Below, one piece after another: positions 36,573 to 46,320 of a stretch of 64,000 nt of DNA. The notes beneath the pieces are model-generated. The model had not been told where the DNA came from. It ran no database searches and saw only the letters and a program-made list of their open reading frames with translations. A program made the position numbers and the translations under genes. The DNA comes from Blastocatellia bacterium (GTDB lineage: Bacteria; Acidobacteriota; Blastocatellia; UBA7656). Position 1 is the first letter of the stretch, and each line of letters starts with the position of its first letter. The stretch covers positions 462,628 through 526,627 of the forward strand of contig CAVXWP010000001.1 in the NCBI GenBank assembly GCA_963765495.1. Reading direction: 5' to 3'.

Positions 36573-37058
36573 ATGGGCAAGGTTCAAAAGATCGTGGAAT
36601 ACGGAGGGCTGCGCCGCTTTGGCGTTTCGATGGAAGATGAACTGCTTGAGCAGTTCGACAAGTTGATCGAGCGCAAAGGCTATGATACGCGATCCGAGGC
36701 AATCCGGGACCTGGCGCGCAATGCGCTTTCCGAAGAGGTCTTAACCGATGAATCGGCAGATGCCGTGGCGACTATTTCACTGGTCTATAACCATCACGTA
36801 CGCGACCTCACATCAAAGCTCACCCGGTTTCAGCATAAAGCGCTGGATATGATCGTCTCCACGCTCCACATCCACCTTGACGCGCATAATTGTCTTGAAG
36901 TGTTGATCGTGCGCGGCCCTTACGGGCGGGTGCGCGAACTGGCCGAATCTTTAATAAGCGTCAAGGGGGTGAAGCACGGCAAATTCGTCACCGCGATGGC
37001 GGAAACCGAGACTCACAAACACAAAGCCCATTCACACTCGCACAAACATGAGCATTGA
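36573..37058 (+). CDS. nikR: Nickel-responsive transcriptional regulator NikR
   Basis: Ribbon-helix-helix N-terminus ([29 protein letters not shown]), an ACT-like nickel-binding domain with conserved His/Cys (HHVRD..., [12 protein letters not shown]), and a His-rich tail [14 protein letters not shown]. The AAGGAG RBS supports the start. Confidence 0.8.
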   Translation: MGKVQKIVEYGGLRRFGVSMEDELLEQFDKLIERKGYDTRSEAIRDLARNALSEEVLTDESADAVATISLVYNHHVRDLTSKLTRFQHKALDMIVSTLHIHLDAHNCLEVLIVRGPYGRVRELAESLISVKGVKHGKFVTAMAETETHKHKAHSHSHKHEH

Positions 37059-37116
37059 TTATCTTTGACCCGGACACCCCTTCGATCTTTAGATTCGCGC
37101 GCTAAAGGAGATCATA

Positions 37117-39486
37117 ATGCCCTGCACATGTCGCAAGGCTTCAAGAATCGGCTCTCTGCTGCTTATCACTTTTCTGGCAGTCATTGCCGCTCAGGCCCAG
37201 GCGGTCGCCACTCGCACTCTTTCAGGCGCAGTCGTAACCGATAGAAACGAATCGGTCGCCGGAGCCGAAGTGGTTGCCCGATACAATTCGGGAGAGACGC
37301 GTGTGACGACCGATGCGGATGGTAATTTTCAGATAGCGGTTCCTGAGGGGCCGATTGAGCTTACGGTTGAGGGGAAGAACATCGAGCCGGTGAAGAGGAC
37401 AATCGGGTCTGGTGAGATGATTGAAAATCTCAGGATTGCAATCAAATACGTGGTACCCGCGGTCCACGAAAGCGTGGTCATTCAGGGTGAGGGGCTCGAC
37501 CCGACCATTGACCAGCGCAATGATGCGATCTATAAAAATACGCTTTTCGGACGCGATGATCAGCTTGTCCAGACGCTCAACGCAGGAATCAACGCGGGCC
37601 AGCACGAAGGCGGCGGCAAGTCGCTTGAGATACGCCGCTTTGGTTACAACCTCGATCACGGCGGGGTGAACGGCGGGCTAAAGGTGCTTGTGGACGATGT
37701 GCAGCAGAATCAGGGAACGCAGGGGCACGGGCAGGGGTATCTCGGCCAGTTGAAAAGCCTGAGTCCCGAACTGGTCGAAGATGTAGAGATACGGAACGGG
37801 CCTTTCAGTGCGCAGTACGGCGATTTTTCCGGTCTCGGAGTCGTTCACATCCGTTTGAGGGAATCTTTCCCCGATCAGATCACCGCGCGCTTGCAGGGAG
37901 GGTCATTCAACTCTCGTCGCGCATTTGCGGCCTACAGCCCCGTTTTGAAAAATGCCAGAGCGTTTATCGCCTACGATTACTCCTATACGGACGGGCCGTT
38001 CCTCAATCCCGGTCGATACCGTAGAGACAACGTGACGGGAAACTATACGCAGCTGCTCGGCGAAGATCAGGCGCTCGGATTCAAATTGAATACCGGAGGC
38101 AATGATTTTTTCTCTTCGGGCCAGATACCGCTCGATCTTGTGACGGCGGGAGAGCTTGATCGCTTTGGTTTTATTGATCCCTTCAACGGCGGGCGCGTAA
38201 AGACGGGCATCTTCAGCGCCTATTACAAGAAGGATATAAAGTCGGGCGGCGCTTTGAAGGTAGACGGTTTTCTTGGACGGTCTTTGTTCGATCTTTTTTC
38301 AAACTTTACTTTCTTCCTGAACGATCCCGTATACGGCGACGAGATCGACCAGCACGATTCTCGTCTTCAGCAAGGAGTCAACCTGCAATATCTTCGCCCG
38401 TACAAACTCTTCGGAGGGCAGGCGCTTCTGACGGCGGGCGGTAATGTGCTGGCCAATCAAATCCTTGTGGGGCTCTACCCGTCGGTCGGTCGCAACCCGA
38501 ACAGGCTTGAGTTGAATCGGGCGCTCGGTATTGAAAACCAGAATGTTTTGCTGACCCGAGCGCGTGCCAGTGTGACCAACACAGGCGCATATGTGCAACA
38601 GGGAATAAATTTCATGGACGGCCATCTGCATCTGGAAGGAGGGCTGCGCTATGATTATTTCCATTTCGGCTTGAATGACGGAGTCAATGAAATGCCGACC
38701 GAAAGAATGATCTTTTCGGGGACCGACGGCGCGGGGCGTTTAGAGCCAAAGGCAGCCATAGCTTATACGGTGTCGCATCGAGCGCCTCTGACTTTCTACC
38801 TCAACTATGGTCGGGGCATTAACAGTCAGGATGCGCGCGGGGTGGTTCAGGATTCTTCCGGCCCGAGGATCGCTACGACCGATTTCTATCAGGCGAGCGT
38901 AGCCTACATCAGCAGAAGGGTCTCGTTCAGCACGGATTATTTTCTCATAGACCATTCCAACGAACAGGTTTACATACCCGATGACGGGAGCTTCGAATTT
39001 CAGGGGCCGAGCCGCTCGACCGGGTATGAAGTCAAGCTAGCCGCAGAATTTGTGCATAACCTGACTTTCAGCGGCGGGCTCACGCAGGTGACCCAGGCTT
39101 TTTTTCGAGGCACGTTCCCGAGGGTTTATGTTGATAGCTCGCCGCACACGGTTGCCAACGCGAGGCTGACTTATTCCGGTCTTCGCGGATTTTATGGAAC
39201 GCTGGCCTATCGCCACACGGGCAACTATCGGCTGGACGGAGAAGATGCCGGTATTCGAGCATCGGGGCTTGATGTGCTCGACATCAGTCTGAAGCAGCGC
39301 ATCCGGGCGTGGGTGGATTTTAACTTTTCGATTGATAATCTCACCGATAAACTATTCTTCGAGACGCAGAACTACTTCGATTCGCGTGTGCGTCCCGATG
39401 CTCCTGTCATCGCCCGTATTCACGCCACTCCGGGATATTCGCGGGGTGTGACGGTGGGGCTGACATTTCACATTTTTGGAAAATAG
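37117..39486 (+). CDS. TonB-dependent outer-membrane receptor with N-terminal CarboxypepD_reg-like domain
   Basis: Signal peptide, CarboxypepD_reg-like domain (LSGAVVTDRNESVAGAEVVARYN...DADGNFQIAV), plug-like region (GPFSAQYGDFSGLGVVHI) and a beta-barrel-sized C-terminus. It sits between nikR and nikMN. Confidence 0.7.
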   Translation: MPCTCRKASRIGSLLLITFLAVIAAQAQAVATRTLSGAVVTDRNESVAGAEVVARYNSGETRVTTDADGNFQIAVPEGPIELTVEGKNIEPVKRTIGSGEMIENLRIAIKYVVPAVHESVVIQGEGLDPTIDQRNDAIYKNTLFGRDDQLVQTLNAGINAGQHEGGGKSLEIRRFGYNLDHGGVNGGLKVLVDDVQQNQGTQGHGQGYLGQLKSLSPELVEDVEIRNGPFSAQYGDFSGLGVVHIRLRESFPDQITARLQGGSFNSRRAFAAYSPVLKNARAFIAYDYSYTDGPFLNPGRYRRDNVTGNYTQLLGEDQALGFKLNTGGNDFFSSGQIPLDLVTAGELDRFGFIDPFNGGRVKTGIFSAYYKKDIKSGGALKVDGFLGRSLFDLFSNFTFFLNDPVYGDEIDQHDSRLQQGVNLQYLRPYKLFGGQALLTAGGNVLANQILVGLYPSVGRNPNRLELNRALGIENQNVLLTRARASVTNTGAYVQQGINFMDGHLHLEGGLRYDYFHFGLNDGVNEMPTERMIFSGTDGAGRLEPKAAIAYTVSHRAPLTFYLNYGRGINSQDARGVVQDSSGPRIATTDFYQASVAYISRRVSFSTDYFLIDHSNEQVYIPDDGSFEFQGPSRSTGYEVKLAAEFVHNLTFSGGLTQVTQAFFRGTFPRVYVDSSPHTVANARLTYSGLRGFYGTLAYRHTGNYRLDGEDAGIRASGLDVLDISLKQRIRAWVDFNFSIDNLTDKLFFETQNYFDSRVRPDAPVIARIHATPGYSRGVTVGLTFHIFGK

Positions 39487-39514
39487 ATGATAAAGCAGAC
39501 GGCAGGAGACTGGT

Positions 39515-40642
39515 ATGCATATTCCTGACGGGCTTCTCAGCCCCTCGACTTGCGCGGTGCTTTATACAGCCGCCGCACCTTTCTGGTATGTTGCGCTCCG
39601 GCGAATCAAGCGGCTGTTGAACACGCGGATGGTCCCGCTGTTATCCGTCTTTGCGGCCTTTTCGTTTGTGATAATGATGTTCAATCTGCCGCTGCCGGGC
39701 GGCACTACGGGCCACGCGGTCGGCGTAGGCATCGCAAGCATCGTGCTTGGTCCGTGGGGTTCGATGCTTGCCATCTCGGTGGCGTTATTGATTCAGGCTG
39801 TCTTTTTCGGCGACGGCGGCATCACGGCTCTCGGGGCCAATTGTTTCAACATGGCCGTTGTCGGCTCGCTTGTGGCTTACGGCGTCTACCGCACCATAGC
39901 CGCCGGGTCTGCGATCCACTCTGCGAGGCGAGTCATAGCCGCCGCGCTTGCCGGTTATGCCTCAATCAATGTAGCCGCGCTTATTGCGGCCATCGAGTTT
40001 GGCATTCAACCGATGCTTTTTAGAAATGCTTCGGGCGCGCCGCTCTACGCGCCCTATCCTCTCAGCGTAGCCGTCCCGGCGATGATGATAGGCCATCTGA
40101 CATTTGCGGGACTGGCCGAACTTATCATCACAGGCGGCGTTGTGGCCTACTTGCAGCAGAGCGATCCTTCGTTGTTGAAGATGACCGCCCCGTCCGCATT
40201 CGCCTCATTGCAGAAAGGGCAGGGAATCGAGCGAAAATCGGGCTGGCAAACCACGCGCCCGCTATGGGTAGGTCTGGCCCTGCTGATGATACTCACACCA
40301 TTAGGATTGCTGGCAGCGGGCACGGCATGGGGCGAGTGGGGAGCCGGAGATTTCACCGATCCGGTCGCACGCCAACAGATAGCGGCGGCTTCCGGCAATC
40401 AAGCGCCGCCCGCTCAGCCGCCCGAAGGAATGCTTCGCCTCTCTTCTATCTGGACCGCTCCGATGTCGGATTATGCGCCTCCATTTATGCGGAGCGCGGC
40501 GTTCGGTTATATCATGTCGGCCCTGGTCGGAACGGGGCTTATAGTTCTGCTTTTCCTGCTGATCGGCTTGGTCACGCGCAAGGCTGTCAGACGCCCCGAA
40601 GCAGAGGATGAGAGATCAAACGATGATTCGGGAACCAGTTGA
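39515..40642 (+). CDS. ECF-type Ni/Co transporter substrate-capture component, NikM/CbiM fused to NikN/CbiN-like C-terminal helices
   Basis: Invariant N-terminus MHIPDG (metal-binding) and a CbiM-type TM core. The C-terminal extension carries two further TM helices, as in NikMN fusions. Confidence 0.75.
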   Translation: MHIPDGLLSPSTCAVLYTAAAPFWYVALRRIKRLLNTRMVPLLSVFAAFSFVIMMFNLPLPGGTTGHAVGVGIASIVLGPWGSMLAISVALLIQAVFFGDGGITALGANCFNMAVVGSLVAYGVYRTIAAGSAIHSARRVIAAALAGYASINVAALIAAIEFGIQPMLFRNASGAPLYAPYPLSVAVPAMMIGHLTFAGLAELIITGGVVAYLQQSDPSLLKMTAPSAFASLQKGQGIERKSGWQTTRPLWVGLALLMILTPLGLLAAGTAWGEWGAGDFTDPVARQQIAAASGNQAPPAQPPEGMLRLSSIWTAPMSDYAPPFMRSAAFGYIMSALVGTGLIVLLFLLIGLVTRKAVRRPEAEDERSNDDSGTS

Positions 40643-41510
40643 AGAGACGGCAACATCAAACCGGGCAGCTTCTGTAAAGCCTTTGCGGCGCAAACGGCGC
40701 AGGAGTTTTATAGAGCGCACGATTACGCATCTGTTCAATGCCGTTGAGCATTCGCTCTACGCCGAAGAGATTGCGCGAGCCGACGGATTGCTACAGCGGC
40801 TCGATCCTCGCGTGAAGGTAATCGGGTTGACCGCTCTCATCATAGCCGCCGCCACGGCTCACAAAATATCAATCATCCTTCTGCTGTTTGCCGTTGGGAC
40901 GGCGCTCGCTCTTTTTTCGCGAGTCTCCTTCCGCACGCTTGCGACACGTGTGTGGGCGAGCGCCCTGCTCTTTACGGGATTGATCGCGCTGCCCGCGATT
41001 TTTATCACTCCCGGTCGCGTCGTCTATCGCCTGCCGTTTGTCGAATTGCCGGTCACGGCTCAGGGCCTTACGAGCGCCGCCTATCTGATCTCAAGGGTAG
41101 AGACGGCGGCCACTTTTTCGATCCTGCTGATCCTGTGCACACCGTGGAGCCATGTGCTCAAGGCGCTCAGAGTCTTGCGCGTGCCCGTGCTGCTCGTCGT
41201 GATTTTAGGCATGACGTATCGGTACATTTTTTTGATGCTCCAGATTGCGCGCGATATGTTTGAATCGCGGCAGAGCCGTCTGGTAGGCAATTTGCCCCCC
41301 TCTCAACAAAGACGCATTGCCGCCGCAAGCGTGGGCGTATTGTTAAGCAAGAGCCTTCTACTGAGCGGCGAGGTTCACATGGCGATGCTTGCTCGCGGCT
41401 TTCGCGGCGAGGTTTATACGCTCGACGATTTCAAAATGCGCGCGCGTGATTTTGTGGCGCTCGCCTTATTCTCTGCGGTTGCAGTTGCGGCCTTCTGGTT
41501 TGGGCGATAA
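40623..41510 (+). CDS. ECF transporter transmembrane (T) component CbiQ/NikQ
   Basis: Polytopic protein downstream of the M component and overlapping its stop. Its C-terminal region (...ARGFRGEVYTLDDF) is typical of CbiQ. Confidence 0.65.
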   Translation: MIREPVEETATSNRAASVKPLRRKRRRSFIERTITHLFNAVEHSLYAEEIARADGLLQRLDPRVKVIGLTALIIAAATAHKISIILLLFAVGTALALFSRVSFRTLATRVWASALLFTGLIALPAIFITPGRVVYRLPFVELPVTAQGLTSAAYLISRVETAATFSILLILCTPWSHVLKALRVLRVPVLLVVILGMTYRYIFLMLQIARDMFESRQSRLVGNLPPSQQRRIAAASVGVLLSKSLLLSGEVHMAMLARGFRGEVYTLDDFKMRARDFVALALFSAVAVAAFWFGR

Positions 41511-41530
41511 AGGATAAAGGGTAAAGTTCA

Positions 41531-42349
41531 ATGGAGCTTATGCGAGTTGATACGATTTTCGATATTCAGGATGTGACTTACAATTACAACGATGTGACGG
41601 CGCTCGACCGGATAAGTCTCAGGATCGAATCCGGCAAGCGGATAGTCCTGCTGGGCGCAAACGGATCAGGCAAATCGACGCTGCTCAGAATACTCGACGG
41701 ATTGTATTTCCCAAGCGGCGGTCGCGTTTCGGCCTTTGGCGAGCCGTTGACCGAAGAAAGCTTCGAGGATGAGGGCTTCGCATTAGGCTTCAGGCGGCGC
41801 GTAGGGCTTGTCTTTCAGAACCCTGATGTTCAACTCTTTAATCCAACCGTATTTGACGAAATCGCCTTTGGGCCGCTTCAACTCGGCTGGTCAAAACAGC
41901 AGGTCAGAGAGCGGGTTGCCGGGGCGCTTGAAGAGATGGATATTACTCATCTGAAAGACCGTCCGCCGCATCGGCTTTCAGGCGGCGAGAAGAAACGCGT
42001 GGCGCTCGCCTCGGTGATAGTGCTCGACCCCGATGTATTGTTGCTGGATGAGCCTACGGCGGCGCTTGATCCAAAGAGTCAGGGGCAGGTCATAGATTTA
42101 CTTGTAGGCTGGCGCAGCGGACGAAAGACCGTTGTGACGGCGACTCACGATCTGGATACTGTTGAAGACATCGCGGATCATTGTTTCATATTCCAAAACG
42201 GGCGCGTCGTAGCCGAAGGTCCGCCCGACGCTATCCTTCACGACGAAGCATTGCTCAAACGCACCAACCTGCTCCATGCCCATCGCCACGTGCACCCATC
42301 CGGCAAGATTCATTCTCACCCGCACCTGCACCACAACCACGAACATTAA
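41531..42349 (+). CDS. ECF transporter ATPase CbiO/NikO with His-rich C-terminal tail
   Basis: Walker A GANGSGKST, LSGGEKKRVALA, Walker B LLLDEP, and the tail HAHRHVHPSGKIHSHPHLHHNHEH. Confidence 0.8.
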   Translation: MELMRVDTIFDIQDVTYNYNDVTALDRISLRIESGKRIVLLGANGSGKSTLLRILDGLYFPSGGRVSAFGEPLTEESFEDEGFALGFRRRVGLVFQNPDVQLFNPTVFDEIAFGPLQLGWSKQQVRERVAGALEEMDITHLKDRPPHRLSGGEKKRVALASVIVLDPDVLLLDEPTAALDPKSQGQVIDLLVGWRSGRKTVVTATHDLDTVEDIADHCFIFQNGRVVAEGPPDAILHDEALLKRTNLLHAHRHVHPSGKIHSHPHLHHNHEH

Positions 42350-42378
42350 TAACTAAAATTTTGGGCGAAAGCTGAACA

Positions 42379-42464
42379 AAATAGACCACGGATCAACTCG
42401 GATTAGCTCAAATAGAATCAGATCCGCGTAAATCCGTCCGATCCGTGTCATCCGTGGCCTATTT
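42379..42464. repeat. REP/MITE-like element, family A copy
   Basis: aaatagaccacggatcaactcggattagctcaaatag...tccgtggcctattt, between convergent nikO and the 42506 ORF. Confidence 0.8.
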
Positions 42465-42505
42465 CTATTTCCTCACGCTACATCTTAAGGAAACCCAGAA
42501 CGCGG

Positions 42506-43057
42506 TCAGGCCTTCTGGAAATCGGTTGTCAGGGCGTAGGTGCCCCAGTGCAGGGTGAACCTTCCGCCGTTGCCCTGCTTTGTCAGATTGATCGTCATCA
42601 ACTCGACCGAGTCGTCAGTCTTCTCCATCGCCAGAGGCGCTTCGGCCACGTGCGATTTGTCTTCGTCGCTGATTATCAACTGCCAGTTGTCTTTATCGAC
42701 GCGCTTCGCCGTCAGCACGTACTTTCCTTTTGGAACGGTCTTATCGCCGAATTTCAAATCTACATCAGTCGTGAGGGTTGTAGCCGAATTGGCTCCCATT
42801 CGCCATTCATCACCCGGGCTCAATAACCCCATAATGTCTCGCCCCTTCAAGGCAGGGCGTCCGTAATCAACAGATACTTTTCCTCCATCCAGATCCAGAA
42901 CAGCCTCGCCGCGATCCGGGTTTGCCGTCGCGCTGCTTTCGGACCGGCCCGCGGTGTTGCCCGTCGCGTTGCTGTTGGCCGCAGTGCCTCGGGCGGCGCA
43001 AGCCATCGTCGCGAATAAAATCGCAAAGGCTGTGATCAAATACATCTTTCTCATCAA
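42506..43057 (-). CDS. Secreted hypothetical protein (possibly DUF2911-like)
   Basis: Signal peptide (MMRKMYLITAFAILFATMACAA) and a 183-aa beta-rich protein. The family guess is from memory only. Confidence 0.5.
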   Translation of the reverse strand: MMRKMYLITAFAILFATMACAARGTAANSNATGNTAGRSESSATANPDRGEAVLDLDGGKVSVDYGRPALKGRDIMGLLSPGDEWRMGANSATTLTTDVDLKFGDKTVPKGKYVLTAKRVDKDNWQLIISDEDKSHVAEAPLAMEKTDDSVELMTINLTKQGNGGRFTLHWGTYALTTDFQKA

Positions 43058-43188
43058 TTAATCTCCTTCGAATTAGATAAAGCCCTTCATCAAGGAAGTA
43101 GCCGATTGGTAAATCCCTCTGACCACCGAAATGTTTTCGGCGCGAATATTATTCTAAACGTCGGGAAGCGTTTTCAGAAGCTCTCGCT

Positions 43189-45495
43189 TCAAAAATGGAA
43201 TCGCACCGAACCGGACAGGAAACGCGGCGGCGAAAACTGCACCGGAGTAAATTCGCTCTCTTTCGCTATTCGATAAACCCTGTCGGAGGCGTTCTCCACA
43301 TTGAATTGCAGGCTCACTTTGTTGCGTTCCTTGCGGAAAAGGTCGATCCCGAAATAGAAGTTTGACACGAAATGATCGGGCAATCGCACAAGCGACGGCT
43401 CGCCTAAAGAGTTCGGCAACTCGGCCGGGGTGCCGCTCCCGTATTCGAAGGCGGCGCTGGCCCAGAATCCGCTTCTGTGCTCGCGCCAGGTCAGCCCCGC
43501 TACCGCCGTGTGAATCTGATCGAAGGCCGCCGGGTTGCGCTCGCCCGGCTCTACGTTTTCAACCGTGAATCCGCCCGCGACCGGGCCTGTCTGGAAGGCG
43601 CGTTGTGCCGTGTAGCTGAAATAGCCCGAGAGCCCGAGAGGCTTGATTTCAGCAAGTTGAGAGGAGAGTTCTATGCCGTAGGCTTTACCGCGCGCAAAAG
43701 AAGTGGGCGCAAAGATGCGAACGTTTGCAAGTTCTGAGGTCTCGAAGGTGTTTTTGTCCGAGCGCCAGTAGGCGGTCATTCGAATCACCAGTTTATCGCG
43801 CACGGATCGGTTCACCCCTGCTTCAAAGTGATTGCTGCGAGCTATCCTCGGCGGCTGTCCTTCAAATCCGAGCGCCGCCGAAAGCAACAGGTCTTCAATC
43901 GGCGGCGGCGAAAAAAAGCGGTTATAGGCGAAGTGCAAAACGGTTCGCCCGCCGTCAAGCGCATAGGCGAGATTGATTCGAGGGCTTAAGGCGTGGCCGC
44001 TCGTCACAAGGCTGTATTGATCGTAACGCACTCCTAAATTGGCAGTGAGGTTTTTCAAAAGCGTTATCTTGTCTTGAAAATAAAGGCTGGCCTGGCCTCC
44101 GGTCTTGCGCCCGCGAAAATTAAAAGGCTCGATCTCTTCTTCCCCTGCGTCGCGCGGGTCGAGGAAAAAATCTTCTCTCAATCTGAGTTGCACAAGGTCC
44201 AGCCCCATCTTTATCGAGTGACGCGAGCCTCGATAAATCGAATAATCGCTTTTAGCACCAACCGTCACATCCTGGCGCAGCCCGCCTGCCTGAATCGAGA
44301 AGGGGTCGGTTGTAGGAAGCAGCCGCGCGCTCGCAAACCGTTCGTAGAGCGATGATGTGAGGACCGAAGAGGTCGAAAAAATATGGGTCCAGGAAAGCGC
44401 GGCGGTCTGCTCGCGATTGCGCGCAAAGAAATCTCGCCCGCGCAATTCATCCTCGGTAGTATTGGGCAGTTCGAGATTCGTCCCGTCTCCGCTCAGCAAT
44501 AACTTGAAGTTGTCGGCGGCGCGCGGCCTGTAATCGAATTGCGTGAACAAGTGCGATCCTTTGCCCCTGTCGTGAAAACGGCGCTCTTCGGGCGTGTTCA
44601 GGAAACGGTCGCTTTGAATCCCCTGGGCGTACAGAAAATAGCCGAATCTCTCAGTATGTCCGCCGTAATCCACCTCGGCCGTGTCTCGTAGATAGTTGCC
44701 TGCGCTCAGGCTCAGGCTGCCGTGATCATTTGCATCGAATCCGTTGCGAGTCACTATGTCGAGTATGCCGCCGAATCGGTTTCCGAACTCAGCCGGGAAA
44801 CCTCCTGTGATGACATTGACCGATTGTATTATGCCGGGCGCAAGCCCCGGCGTGAATAACTGGTGCGGGTTGTCAAAAAAGGAGACGCCGTTGATAAAAG
44901 TATTTAGCGAAAGCTCATTGCCGCGCAGATGAACAAGGTTGTCGTGACCCGCAACGGCGCTCGAAACAAACGGTGTAATGATGTCTGTCAATTGGGCGCG
45001 CCTCGCCTCGGGCAGAATATCTATCTGCTCGCGGTCGAGAGCGGTCGCGGTCGCGGCTTCCGTCTCGTCAATCAGCCTGTCTCGGGCCTGGACAGCCACC
45101 TGTTCCTGAATTGATGCGGCGGGCGTTAATTGAAAATCTATCTCCTGTAAAGCGCGCGGCCCAAGCGTTATCGTGGTCTTCTCGGTATAGAATGTATCGG
45201 CCGATGCGCTCACGCTATAACGCCCGGGGCTGAGGTTCGCAAACGAAAATCGCCCCTCATTATCGGTCGTCAATGTCAGATCAAGGTCCAACAAATCGCT
45301 TTCAAGTTTCACAGATGCCGATGCGAGTATATGCCCGGTGTTTTTGGCAGTAACTGTTCCGCTTATTCTCTGCTGTGCCAGGACCGGCGAACCGAGCAAG
45401 AGCAGCCATAACGCAATAGTTCCGATTCTTTTGCCCGCGCTGCCGCGCGAATGCCGGTTGAGGGGAATGCTCATATCAAATAAATAGTTCTTCAT
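43189..45495 (-). CDS. TonB-dependent outer-membrane receptor with CarboxypepD_reg-like N-domain
   Basis: Signal peptide, CarboxypepD_reg-like region (ISGTVTAKNTGHILASASVKL...DNEGRFSFANLSPGRYSV), plug motif (GGFPAEFGNRFGGILDIVTRNG) and a C-terminal ...RFHF. The ATG at 45495 is preceded by GGAGG. Confidence 0.8.
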   Translation of the reverse strand: MKNYLFDMSIPLNRHSRGSAGKRIGTIALWLLLLGSPVLAQQRISGTVTAKNTGHILASASVKLESDLLDLDLTLTTDNEGRFSFANLSPGRYSVSASADTFYTEKTTITLGPRALQEIDFQLTPAASIQEQVAVQARDRLIDETEAATATALDREQIDILPEARRAQLTDIITPFVSSAVAGHDNLVHLRGNELSLNTFINGVSFFDNPHQLFTPGLAPGIIQSVNVITGGFPAEFGNRFGGILDIVTRNGFDANDHGSLSLSAGNYLRDTAEVDYGGHTERFGYFLYAQGIQSDRFLNTPEERRFHDRGKGSHLFTQFDYRPRAADNFKLLLSGDGTNLELPNTTEDELRGRDFFARNREQTAALSWTHIFSTSSVLTSSLYERFASARLLPTTDPFSIQAGGLRQDVTVGAKSDYSIYRGSRHSIKMGLDLVQLRLREDFFLDPRDAGEEEIEPFNFRGRKTGGQASLYFQDKITLLKNLTANLGVRYDQYSLVTSGHALSPRINLAYALDGGRTVLHFAYNRFFSPPPIEDLLLSAALGFEGQPPRIARSNHFEAGVNRSVRDKLVIRMTAYWRSDKNTFETSELANVRIFAPTSFARGKAYGIELSSQLAEIKPLGLSGYFSYTAQRAFQTGPVAGGFTVENVEPGERNPAAFDQIHTAVAGLTWREHRSGFWASAAFEYGSGTPAELPNSLGEPSLVRLPDHFVSNFYFGIDLFRKERNKVSLQFNVENASDRVYRIAKESEFTPVQFSPPRFLSGSVRFHF

Positions 45496-45643
45496 TGCCT
45501 GCACCTCCATATGCACAACTCGATCAAAAACAGAGCCGTGCAAAACTCCTACAGGTTTTATAAAAAAAGGCAGCGACGAGATGATTGCCGACCACACTTG
45601 TCGGGCAAGCGACGAGAGGCGGCAACCGGGTTGCCTGCGAGGA

Positions 45644-46081
45644 TCAAGCTATTAAATTGGCAGGAAACCGAGGAGGAGCGCGCGGAGAAGAAGGGCGCGA
45701 CCATACAGAATCAGACGTGATGATAAAACGATCCGTTCTGTCGGCAGCGGAGCAGGATATGTCCAGGGCATAACTCGCTGTGTGATCGCCATCGCGCAAA
45801 TTCAAGAAGGTTGCCGCCTGTGGTGTGACACATCCTTCGGGGCAACTCGGCAGCAGACTTGTGGCGGCTATCTTATCGCGACCGTCCTCCGACTGGCCTT
45901 TTACAAAAGGCAGGTGCGGCGTGCAGCAGCAATGGCCTTCTGTGACGCAACAGGCCATCGAGCAGACATTCGGCGAAGGCAGTATCAGATCAACCGAAGC
46001 AGCGATCCATCCGAGCGCAATCGCAAGTAAGACGCACGCTGCGCGAAGCTTCAGGAATCGCTTTTGCCAGGTTGCTTTCAC
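45644..46081 (-). CDS. Putative small Cys-rich signal-peptide protein upstream of the TonB receptor (uncertain)
   Basis: A GTG-start ORF with no obvious RBS. The N-terminal hydrophobic segment (AACVLLAIALGWIAAS) is followed by CSMACCVTEGHCCCTPH. It could be a spurious ORF. Confidence 0.25.
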   Translation of the reverse strand: MKATWQKRFLKLRAACVLLAIALGWIAASVDLILPSPNVCSMACCVTEGHCCCTPHLPFVKGQSEDGRDKIAATSLLPSCPEGCVTPQAATFLNLRDGDHTASYALDISCSAADRTDRFIITSDSVWSRPSSPRAPPRFPANLIA

Positions 46082-46221
46082 GGTGTTATTGCTCTTTCAA
46101 TTTCGGATTACCCGAGTCTATTTCAATCCCGGCTTAAAATCAAATGATTATAAACATTACAAAGCGCCGGGCTCTCAGGGACAGGTCAATTCAATCTGCC
46201 AAAATGTTTAAAGGAAAATGG

Positions 46222-46251
46222 GAATAGGCCGCGTCCGTCCCGGCCTATTTC
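46222..46251. repeat. Solo stem of family A repeat (AATAGGCCGCGTCCGTCCCGGCCTATT)
   Basis: A minimal palindrome carrying the family A terminal motif, downstream of polA. Confidence 0.6.
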
Positions 46252-46320
46252 AACTCGCCTTTCGCACAAATTACCCTTTAATACTGATGCCGCCTGCTGC
46301 CCGTAAAATAAAAACTAGAT

